DNA of 64,000 nucleotides from Verrucomicrobia bacterium GWF2_51_19 (GTDB lineage Bacteria; Verrucomicrobiota; Verrucomicrobiia; Opitutales; UBA12508): NCBI GenBank assembly GCA_001831095.1, contig MIDP01000005.1, positions 30,514 to 94,513 of the forward strand, read 5' to 3'. Shown piece by piece: positions 37,242 to 44,697 of this stretch (position 1 is its first letter; each line of letters starts with the position of its first letter). The notes under the pieces were generated by a model. It saw only the letters and a program-made list of their open reading frames with translations, ran no database searches and was not told where the DNA came from. The position numbers and the translations under genes were made by a program.

Positions 37242-37928
37242 CTATGACAAAAACCCGTTGCGTCGGAATGAATAAGTTTCTTTGTCTGCAATGATGAGGT
37301 GGTCGACAAGTTCGATATCTAAACTTTCGCAGGCGGAATCGAGTGCAAAGGTGACTTTTTTGTCGTTTTCCGAAGGCTCTGTGTTGCCCGTGGGATGATT
37401 GTGGACGAGAATGATGGCCGCCGCGGAACGCTTCAGGGCCGCCTCAACGACCTTTCGTGGATAGACGACGGCGCGGTCGATGGTGCCCTCTTCGAGGCGT
37501 TCAATGCCGTTGGGTAGCAATTTGTAAGCGCGGTCGAGGTAGGCAACCTCGAAAACCTCTTTGCGTTCGCCACCCAATCGAAAGCGCCAAAAGTCTTCGA
37601 TTTTTTTTGAACTGTTCAGGAGAGGATCGTTGTGTAGGTCCTGCTCTAGGTATAGAGTGGCAACGTGTCGGATGATTTTAAGTGCAATGGGTGTTACGCT
37701 GCCAATCCCTTCAATGGCGCGTAAGCTGTCCGTGTCGGCATCGAGAATGCGCTTCAGATTGCCAAACTGTTTGAGCAAACGCTTGGCCTGTTGCTTGACG
37801 TCTTTTCTAGGAATACAGAGCGTGAGGAGTAATTCAATGATTTCATGGTCGGCAAAGCCCTTGAAGCCCGCTTTTTCAAAGCGCTGCCTTAAATGTGCCC
37901 GGTGACCAGCATGATCGTTTTTCGCCAT
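37242..37928 (-). CDS. radC: RadC-like JAB/MPN domain protein
   Basis: 228 aa with N-terminal HhH region and C-terminal JAMM motif (ILVHNHPTGNTEPSENDKKVT). Confidence 0.88.
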   Translation of the reverse strand: MAKNDHAGHRAHLRQRFEKAGFKGFADHEIIELLLTLCIPRKDVKQQAKRLLKQFGNLKRILDADTDSLRAIEGIGSVTPIALKIIRHVATLYLEQDLHNDPLLNSSKKIEDFWRFRLGGERKEVFEVAYLDRAYKLLPNGIERLEEGTIDRAVVYPRKVVEAALKRSAAAIILVHNHPTGNTEPSENDKKVTFALDSACESLDIELVDHLIIADKETYSFRRNGFLS

Positions 37929-38107
37929 GAATGCTCACATTAGCACAATCTTTTTGCTTTTGTAAATTAAATAAGTGCTTTCCATTAAGAAACTTACTTC
38001 GCAAGTTTTTTATTTAATGTCTTCTATAACGGACGTTAACGCACTCAATGATTCTTTTAGCGGTCATATACTATATGACCTCGATGCTTAGCGAAAATTT
38101 TTCTAGG

Positions 38108-38123
38108 TCGCTAATGATTGAGG
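38108..38123 (+). promoter_or_regulatory. 16-nt motif TCGCTAATGATTGAGG 65 nt upstream of glmS
   Basis: Context: GCTTAGCGAAAATTTTTCTAGGTCGCTAATGATTGAGG-N17-TGAATT. Perfect reverse-complement partner of 36920..36935. Confidence 0.45.
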
Positions 38124-38188
38124 GAATCTGCCGCTTTTTTTGAATTTTGTCTTGATAAGTCACAAAGTCGTGCTACACATATATTCTC

Positions 38189-40036
38189 ATGTGTGGTATT
38201 GTTGGGTACGTAGGAAAGAACGCGGCAGTTCAAGTCTTGATTGATGGTCTCAAACGACTCGAGTATCGTGGCTATGATTCTGCTGGATTGGCTATTCTCG
38301 ATAAGGGCGTTTTCAGCGTTCTCAAAAAAACGGGACGCGTGGTCAATGTCGAAAAACTAGCCCGCAAATCAAAATCGCCTGGCACCATCGGCATCAGTCA
38401 CACGCGTTGGGCCACTCACGGCGGCGTCACCGATAACAACGCACACCCACACATCAGCTCAGATGGCAAAATCGCCCTCGTCCACAACGGCGTCATTGAG
38501 AACTTTCTGCCCCTCAAACACTTTTTGGAAGGTCATGGCTTCACCTTCTCCTCCGAGACCGACACCGAAGTCCTCTCCAACCTCATTGCTTACCACTACA
38601 AGACGCTCGGTGGCTACAACGGCAACCGCGTCATTGAGAGCGTCCGCCAGAGCCTCATGCAGGTCGAAGGCACCTACGGTATCGCCGTCCTCTGCACCGA
38701 TTACCCCGATCAAATCATCGGCGCTCGCAAGAGCTCTCCCCTGATTTTGGGCGTCGGTCAGGGCGAATACATCCTGGCAAGCGACGTCACGGCCTTTGCG
38801 CTCCGCACGCAGAATGTCGTCTTTCTCCGCGATGACGAAATTGTTTGCATCAATCGCGATGAGTTCAGTATCACGACGATGGAAGACAACCGTGTCCACG
38901 CCTCGATCGAGACCGTCGACTGGGCTCCTGATGCCGTTGAACTCGGTGATTACAAGCATTTCATGGAGAAGGAGATCTTTGAACAGCCACAGTCGATCGA
39001 AAACGCCATGCGCGGTCGCTTTTCACAGGACTCAAGCACGTCTCACTTTGGCGGACTCACGTTGACGCCGCAAGAGTTGAGACACATCGACCGCATTCTC
39101 TTTTGCGGCTGCGGATCCGCCTGGCACTCCTGCCTCGTCGCCGAACACCTGATTGAGCGCTTTGCCCGCATTCCTGTCGAGGTCGAGTACGCGTCCGAAT
39201 TCCGTTACCGCAACGCCCCACTCGACAAGCACACCCTCGTCTTTATCGTCAGTCAGTCTGGGGAAACACTCGATAGCCTCGCCGCCCTTCAAGAATCCAA
39301 GCGCAAAGGCTACCCGACACTCGCCATCACCAACGTCGTTGGCTCCACGATTGCCCGCGAGTCAGATGGCGGCATCTATCAACGTTCGGGGCCGGAAATC
39401 GGCGTGGCATCCACCAAGGCCTTTACCGCACAGTTGACCATTTTGTCCATGCTAGCCCTCTACCTCGGCCGCCTGCGCGACATGAGCTACGAGGACGGCA
39501 TCCGCTTCGTCGAAGCCCTCAAAATGCTTCCCCAGCAGGTCGCCCAAATCCTCAATCAGGCAGAATACATCCAGGCCATCGCACACAAGTACGCCCATCA
39601 TCGTGATTTCCTATTTCTCGGCCGACAGAGCCTGTTCCCAATCGCACTCGAAGGAGCCCTCAAACTCAAAGAAGTCTCCTATATTCACGCAGAAGGCTAC
39701 CCTGCCGCCGAAATGAAACACGGCCCCATCGCCCTCATCTCACCCGAGTGCCCCAGCGTCTTTCTCGCTACACAAAAGAGCATCATCAAGAAGACCCTGT
39801 CTAACATCCAGGAAGTCAAGGCCCGCGGCGGACCCGTTATCGCCGTCACGACGGAGGAATGCCACTTTCCTAAAAACTTGGCCGATGACCTCATCGTCAT
39901 TCCACATTGCCACGAGGCCCTCAAGCCAGTCTTGGCAACGGTCCCCCTTCAGCTCTTCGCCTACTACACATCCCTCGCACGCAATTGCGACGTCGATAAG
40001 CCTAGGAATCTAGCTAAGTCCGTTACCGTCGAATAA
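38189..40036 (+). CDS. glmS: Glutamine--fructose-6-phosphate aminotransferase
   Basis: 615 aa. MCGIVGYVG (N-terminal nucleophile Cys), two SIS domains, C-terminal KPRNLAKSVTVE. Confidence 0.95.
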   Translation: MCGIVGYVGKNAAVQVLIDGLKRLEYRGYDSAGLAILDKGVFSVLKKTGRVVNVEKLARKSKSPGTIGISHTRWATHGGVTDNNAHPHISSDGKIALVHNGVIENFLPLKHFLEGHGFTFSSETDTEVLSNLIAYHYKTLGGYNGNRVIESVRQSLMQVEGTYGIAVLCTDYPDQIIGARKSSPLILGVGQGEYILASDVTAFALRTQNVVFLRDDEIVCINRDEFSITTMEDNRVHASIETVDWAPDAVELGDYKHFMEKEIFEQPQSIENAMRGRFSQDSSTSHFGGLTLTPQELRHIDRILFCGCGSAWHSCLVAEHLIERFARIPVEVEYASEFRYRNAPLDKHTLVFIVSQSGETLDSLAALQESKRKGYPTLAITNVVGSTIARESDGGIYQRSGPEIGVASTKAFTAQLTILSMLALYLGRLRDMSYEDGIRFVEALKMLPQQVAQILNQAEYIQAIAHKYAHHRDFLFLGRQSLFPIALEGALKLKEVSYIHAEGYPAAEMKHGPIALISPECPSVFLATQKSIIKKTLSNIQEVKARGGPVIAVTTEECHFPKNLADDLIVIPHCHEALKPVLATVPLQLFAYYTSLARNCDVDKPRNLAKSVTVE

Positions 40037-40181
40037 AAATCGCGCGATGTTGGGCGCAAAAGTGTCTTTAGTGGCGTTTCGCGTTGTTCGGGCTAAGTCA
40101 CGTACCTTTTGTACGCTCCCGTCGCCCTCTCTTCTCGGGCCTTGCTAAAGGCCCCTTTTGCATCCAAACATCGCGCGATTT
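40037..40181 (+). repeat. Type-B core with different outer inverted repeats (145 bp)
   Basis: AAATCGCGCGATGTT GGGCGCAAAAGTGTCTTTAGTGGCGTTTCGCGTTGTTCGGGCTAAGTCACGTACCTTTTGTACGCTCCCGTCGCCCTCTCTTCTCGGGCCTTGCTAAAGGCCCCTTTTGCATCC AAACATCGCGCGATTT. Starts right after the glmS TAA. Confidence 0.8.
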
Positions 40182-40197
40182 CTGGATTCTGGAGTAT

Positions 40198-40216
40198 CTT
40201 TGACGCCATTTTACAC
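40198..40216 (-). repeat. Fragment of type-A left terminus
   Basis: CTTTGACGCCATTTTACAC resembles the reverse complement of GTGAAAAATGGCGTCAAAG. Confidence 0.4.
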
Positions 40217-40296
40217 ACATTTAGTGCGTTCTAAATCTTTTTACAATTTCTGGAGCAAGTGATGCACTCGCAAAGCAAGGCTGCTTCCAAAAGAGC

Positions 40297-40328
40297 GAAA
40301 CACAAAAATGCATGCATTTTTGTGTTTC
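40297..40328. repeat. Perfect 32-nt palindrome built on the CAAAAATG core
   Basis: GAAACACAAAAATGCA|TGCATTTTTGTGTTTC. 16-bp arms with no loop. Confidence 0.8.
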
Positions 40329-40332
40329 ACAA

Positions 40333-40379
40333 GGTGGATGCGTGAGCATCCTAGGGGGCCTGGGGGCCGCTGCCCCCAG
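40333..40379 (+). repeat. Partial third copy of the multi-hairpin module
   Basis: GGTGGATGCGTGAGCATCCTAGGGGGCCTGGGGGCCGCTGCCCCCAG matches the 3' half of 7613..7706. The GGGGGC/GCCCCC hairpin lies 3 nt beyond the xth stop. Confidence 0.75.
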
Positions 40380-40382
40380 AAT

Positions 40383-41141
40383 TTAAAATTGAATAATCAT
40401 TGAAACTGGGCAATGATCAGAGCCCAGGATTTTTGGGTGGATGGCGGGTGACGAGACGTGGCGAATGAGGTTTTGTGAGACGAGGAAGTAGTCGATTCTC
40501 CACCCGACGTTGCGTGAGCGCGCACTGGCTCGGTAGGACCACCATGTGTAGTGGCCTTTTTGCGCTGGGTGAGTCTCGCGGAAGACGTCGACAAAACCGG
40601 CGTCCAAGAGGGCCGAAAAGCCTGCCCGCTCCTCATCGGTGAAACCCGCGTTGAAGTGGTTCGCCTCGGGGTGGACGAGGTCGATCTCCGCGTGCGCCAC
40701 ATTGAGATCGCCGCACAAAATCACGCCCTTTTGGGCCTTCAGTGCACACAGGTAGGCGCGAAACTCTTTATCCCAGCGCATGCGAAACGGCAACCGCGTC
40801 AACTCTGCCTGCGCGTTGGGCACGTAGACATTGACAAGGTAAAAGTCCTTAAACTCCGCCGTTATGACGCGTCCTTCGGTCGGCTCTGGCTCGGCCAGGC
40901 AACCCAAGGTCCACGAGAGAGGCTCGACTTTTGAAAAGATCGCCGTCCCCGAATAGCCTTTTTTGGCCGCGTGGTGAAAAATCTTATGTGGGTATTCGCT
41001 CGCCACGTCCGGAACAACGCCGTCGTACACCTTGGTTTCCTGCAGGCAAATGACATCCGCCCGCTCTTTTTCGAGGAGCGAATCAAAGCCCTTTTCTTGC
41101 AGCGAACGGAGGCCGTTGACGTTCCATGAAAGTATTTTCAT
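40383..41141 (-). CDS. xth: Exodeoxyribonuclease III
   Basis: 252 aa. MKILSWNVNGLRS...CLQETK...SDHCPV are EEP nuclease motifs. Confidence 0.92.
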   Translation of the reverse strand: MKILSWNVNGLRSLQEKGFDSLLEKERADVICLQETKVYDGVVPDVASEYPHKIFHHAAKKGYSGTAIFSKVEPLSWTLGCLAEPEPTEGRVITAEFKDFYLVNVYVPNAQAELTRLPFRMRWDKEFRAYLCALKAQKGVILCGDLNVAHAEIDLVHPEANHFNAGFTDEERAGFSALLDAGFVDVFRETHPAQKGHYTWWSYRASARSRNVGWRIDYFLVSQNLIRHVSSPAIHPKILGSDHCPVSMIIQF

Positions 41142-42400
41142 TTAACCTTTTTGTCTTTCAGTGCAAAAGAGAGCACCAGTCCAAAGCCCATCATGAGTGG
41201 CAGGACGGACATTGCGACGCGGTAATCGGAAGCCGAGTACAGGCCGATTTCAGAAAAGTCCTGGGCCTGCCAGTCGAGCAGAATGCCGACTATTGGCTGA
41301 AAGAGAGCACCTAAGAGCATGATGATCATGTTGACGACGGCCACCGCACTACCGCGGGCGAAATCTGGGTTAGCCTCGAGACCCATAATAAAGGCCAGTA
41401 TTTCCGAGCTTGAAAAGAGGCCGATGAGGAACAGCAGCGTTCCGAGGGCCATGGGTGGAATGTTGTTGAATAGCAGCATGCCGCTGAGCAATAGGAAACA
41501 GAGAAAGGTGCCCCACTTCATGAGTCCGGCCCGCATTCCGATATAGTCCGAGAACCAGCCGGCAAAGGGGCTACCAATGAGCCACCCCAGGTAGAGCATG
41601 GCAACGACGCTCGCCGCTTCTTGTTTGGTAATGCCAGCAACGTGCCGAATATACTGGATTCCCCACAGATCAGCAAAGACGGTTAACGGCAAATAGAGAC
41701 AGCCGCCGACGAGCCCAATCAGCCATGTTTGCGGGTTCTTGAGGACGGCAAACAGGCTTTTACAGATGTTTGCAAAGGGTGTACTGCCGCGAAAGGCCTT
41801 ACGGCGATCGACTTCCGTTGTGGGTGTTCGCGGAATGAGCAATAAAAGCATAACCGTGCAAGCGATACCAAGCCATCCGGCAACTGCCCAGGAGCGCTGC
41901 CAGCCAATGTTGTCGACGAGAAATGAGAGGGGAGCTTGTCCGATGATGGCGCCAATCATGCCCAACATGGTTGTCAGTCCAGCCAGCAGGGCCAGCTGTT
42001 TGGGATGAAACCAAACGGTCGAGAGATACACACAACCGACAAAGCCAAAGGCCGACCCGAGGCCCATGAGAAAGCGGCCGGCAGTCATCAAGGCAAGGGT
42101 TTGCGTAGAAATGCTCGGCAAAAAGCAACCGAGCGCGACGATCACACAGGCAGCTACAATGATGCGCTTGCCTCCAAAAGAATCGAAGATAGCACCGACG
42201 ATCATCTGCATCGGAGAATAGATGAAATAGTACATGCCCAAGGATCCCGCCAAAACACCTGCGCCCACGACGAAATGAGTCTGCAACTCTTCCTCCATTA
42301 CGCTCGGCATAACGCGTACAAAATACTCGTATAGATAAAAAGTTGAGGCAGCGAACCACATGAGGTTGGCCCGCCATGTCCCTTTGTGTTTACTTGACAT
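41138..42400 (-). CDS. MFS transporter
   Basis: 420 aa, about 12 predicted hydrophobic segments, MFS-like loop. 4-nt overlap with xth. Confidence 0.7.
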   Translation of the reverse strand: MSSKHKGTWRANLMWFAASTFYLYEYFVRVMPSVMEEELQTHFVVGAGVLAGSLGMYYFIYSPMQMIVGAIFDSFGGKRIIVAACVIVALGCFLPSISTQTLALMTAGRFLMGLGSAFGFVGCVYLSTVWFHPKQLALLAGLTTMLGMIGAIIGQAPLSFLVDNIGWQRSWAVAGWLGIACTVMLLLLIPRTPTTEVDRRKAFRGSTPFANICKSLFAVLKNPQTWLIGLVGGCLYLPLTVFADLWGIQYIRHVAGITKQEAASVVAMLYLGWLIGSPFAGWFSDYIGMRAGLMKWGTFLCFLLLSGMLLFNNIPPMALGTLLFLIGLFSSSEILAFIMGLEANPDFARGSAVAVVNMIIMLLGALFQPIVGILLDWQAQDFSEIGLYSASDYRVAMSVLPLMMGFGLVLSFALKDKKVK

Positions 42401-42429
42401 ACGTTGTTAAAACTCTCGTTATTTTTTCA

Positions 42430-42618
42430 ATGAAATCAAGTCAAAACAAGCGGGCAGATGTCTGGCTCGTAGAAAAGGGTTTTTGTGAAACGCGCAGCCA
42501 AGCACGACGACTGATCGTGGACGGCAAAGTCCACCTAGACGGAGAACGACTCGATAAGTCTCCAATTGACCGAAAAGCGCCGACAAAAAAACGCACTAAA
42601 AAGACCATTGCAAAATGA
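42430..42618 (+). pseudogene. tlyA: Truncated TlyA-like rRNA methyltransferase (S4 domain only, 62 codons)
   Basis: MKSSQNKRADVWLVEKGFCETRSQARRLIVDGKVHLDG matches the TlyA N-terminal S4 domain. The FtsJ-type methyltransferase domain is absent. The last six codons and TGA are encoded by a solo type-B terminus. Confidence 0.6.
42601..42617 (+). repeat. Solo type-B terminus
   Basis: AAGACCATTGCAAAATG, identical to the left end of the 2732 and 4926 copies, with no core behind it. Confidence 0.7.
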
Positions 42619-42679
42619 ATATTTTTAAGTTTTGATAGTAATTACAGGTTACCCCCCTGTATTGACACAACCAATCAGT

Positions 42680-42800
42680 AAGACCGCTTCAAAAGGGCCT
42701 ATAGCAAGGCCCGACGAGCGAGGGCGACAGGAGCCTACAACGGTAGGTGACTTAGCCCGAGTGAGGAGAACGCCGCTAGAGGCCCTTTTGGAGCGGTCTT
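42680..42800 (-). repeat. Type-B element, full length, inverted orientation
   Basis: AAGACCGCTTCAAAAGGGCCTATAGCAAGGCCCGACGAGCGAGGGCGACAGGAGCCTACAACGGTAGGTGACTTAGCCCGAGTGAGGAGAACGCCGCTAGAGGCCCTTTTGGAGCGGTCTT. Lies 9 nt upstream of the glgC ATG. Confidence 0.9.
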
Positions 42801-42809
42801 AACCCCAAA

Positions 42810-44093
42810 ATGAAATCTAAAGTAAAATGCGTCGTAATGGGCGGCGGACGAGGCACGCGTCTCTATCCATTGACCCAATTTCGTTGTAAACCCGCTGTAC
42901 CGCTGGCCGGGAAGTATCGGCTCGTCGACATTCCCATCAGCAATTGCCTGAATTCTGGCTATAACCAGATCTACCTGCTCACGCAATTCAACACCGCATC
43001 GCTCCATCGCCACGTCCACGAGGCCTTCCGCTTTGACGGCTTTGGTGGCGGCTTTGTAGAGATTTTGTCGGCCGAGCAGACGGAGGGTGACGACAACTGG
43101 TACCAAGGCACTGCCGACGCCGTCCGGCAAAACTTGCGGCATATTCGGACACAAGATGATTCCCTTGTTCTCATTTTGTCTGGCGATCAGCTCTATCGCA
43201 TGGATTTCAGCAAAATGGTCCGCCAACACGTCGAATCGGGTGCAGAGGTCACGATCGCCACAAAGGCCATGCCCGAAACGCAGGTTCACTCTCTCGGCGT
43301 TATGCGCGTTGACGAGCAGCTTAAAATCGTCGACTTCGTTGAAAAGCCAACCGATCCCGAGGTGATCAAGAAGCTCGCCATTGCACCGAGCGTCAAGGCA
43401 AAGCTTACAAACCCGCAATCCTGCGATTATGGCCTCGCATCGATGGGCATCTACATCTTCAACGCATCTGTACTCAATCGTACATTGACTGAAAACCAGG
43501 GCCAAGATTTCGGCAAACACATTCTCCCGTGGATGCTCAACCGCGTCAAACTCCACAGCTACATTTACGAAGGATATTGGGAAGACATCGGAACGGTGCG
43601 CTCCTTCTTCGACGCCAACATGATGCTGACTGACACACTGCCGGCCTTTGACTTCTTTGACGAGAACAGCCCGATCTACACCCGCGCTCGCCACCTGCCC
43701 TCTTCCAAGCTCAACAGCTGTCACGTCGAGCGATCGATCGTTGCCGACGGCTGTATCTTTTCGGAGGCCAATATTCACCGTTCGGTCATAGGCAGTCGCG
43801 CCGTCATTCGCGAACATTCGCAGCTCGAAAACGTCCTCATGATGGGCGCCGATCACTTTGAGCACATCGACGACATGCTTATCAACCAGCAAAAAGGCAT
43901 TCCGCACATCGGCATTGGCCAAAATTGCGACATTCGCAACGCCATTCTCGACCGCAACGTCCGCATAGGCAACAACGTTCGCCTCTCTCCCATCGGCAAG
44001 CCAGACGACTTCCACCAAGGTGACATCTATGTCAAGGACGGCATTCTCTGCGTCGCTAAAAACGGCATTATTCCCGATAACACGATCTTGTAG
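42810..44093 (+). CDS. glgC: Glucose-1-phosphate adenylyltransferase
   Basis: 427 aa. VVMGGGRGTRLYPLTQFRCKPAVPLAGKYRLVDIPISNCLNSG signature, plus C-terminal left-handed beta-helix repeats. Confidence 0.92.
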   Translation: MKSKVKCVVMGGGRGTRLYPLTQFRCKPAVPLAGKYRLVDIPISNCLNSGYNQIYLLTQFNTASLHRHVHEAFRFDGFGGGFVEILSAEQTEGDDNWYQGTADAVRQNLRHIRTQDDSLVLILSGDQLYRMDFSKMVRQHVESGAEVTIATKAMPETQVHSLGVMRVDEQLKIVDFVEKPTDPEVIKKLAIAPSVKAKLTNPQSCDYGLASMGIYIFNASVLNRTLTENQGQDFGKHILPWMLNRVKLHSYIYEGYWEDIGTVRSFFDANMMLTDTLPAFDFFDENSPIYTRARHLPSSKLNSCHVERSIVADGCIFSEANIHRSVIGSRAVIREHSQLENVLMMGADHFEHIDDMLINQQKGIPHIGIGQNCDIRNAILDRNVRIGNNVRLSPIGKPDDFHQGDIYVKDGILCVAKNGIIPDNTIL

Positions 44094-44666
44094 ATGCAAA
44101 AAACATTAGTGATCGACAGCAGCCTTGGGACAACGCAAGTGGGGCTCGGTTTTGGCATGGAGGGCGATTGTCTCACTTCGGAAACACCGACGTTGGAAAG
44201 CCTTTTTCAACTGATTGACTCCCTGTTGCAAACACACGCCTTGTCACTGGATCGATTGGGCGCGATCGTTTATTGCGAAGGGCCGGGGTCGACATTGGGC
44301 ATTCGCATCGCCTGCATGGCCATTCGGACGTGGAAAATGCTGTTCCCTACCCTCAAGATCTACAGCTACCGCAACCTCGAATGCGCCTGGGAAGCAATGG
44401 GACAGCCCAACGCCACGCTCTATTCCCCTCACAACCAAAACACACTCAACCGCCTTCAAAAGATCGATGGCCGCTTTGCCTGGTCTGTCATTGAAAAAGC
44501 GACATTGGCCGTCAATGACTCCGCCTACTTTGTCGGGCCACGCAATGATTTATTTTCACAATACTGCCCCTACTCGCTCCAAGCCCTGATGCCATTTTTG
44601 CAAGATTCATTGATGACAGAAAAGCAATTGTGCGACATCGACGCTTTTGTACCGTTATTATCTTGA
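44094..44666 (+). CDS. tsaB: TsaB/YeaZ-like t6A biosynthesis protein
   Basis: 190 aa. LVIDSS...LDRLGAIVYCEGPGSTLGIRIACMAIRTW resembles the TsaB core GPGSFTGLRIG. Its ATG abuts the glgC stop. Confidence 0.6.
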   Translation: MQKTLVIDSSLGTTQVGLGFGMEGDCLTSETPTLESLFQLIDSLLQTHALSLDRLGAIVYCEGPGSTLGIRIACMAIRTWKMLFPTLKIYSYRNLECAWEAMGQPNATLYSPHNQNTLNRLQKIDGRFAWSVIEKATLAVNDSAYFVGPRNDLFSQYCPYSLQALMPFLQDSLMTEKQLCDIDAFVPLLS

Positions 44667-44697
44667 CAACAGCCTCTCGTTCATTAACAACATTGTC

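Noticed and set aside
36920-38123. The 16-bp perfect inverted repeats flanking radC, read as termini of a 1.2-kb mobile cassette carrying radC.
   Set aside because: Each copy has the same orientation and about the same distance to the start codon of the adjacent outward-facing gene (glgA, glmS). Each is part of its own local palindrome. This fits a shared promoter or operator better. No target duplication or recombinase is present. This reading is not fully excluded.
37929-38188. glmS ribozyme upstream of glmS.
   Set aside because: The 260-nt upstream region is A+T-rich and shared with divergent radC. I could not recognise the nested pseudoknot core of the ribozyme. Established distribution is mainly Gram-positive. 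A covariance-model search would be needed to exclude it formally.
42735-44099. 454 aa ORF on the minus strand.
   Set aside because: It is exactly antisense to the well-supported glgC, has no recognisable motifs, and starts in a repeat. This is the typical shadow ORF of a GC-rich gene. The same applies to 59836..61029 (antisense to secDF), 48479..49150 (antisense to the LysM gene), 2089..2784, 14125..14673, 15630..16181 and 24415..25074.
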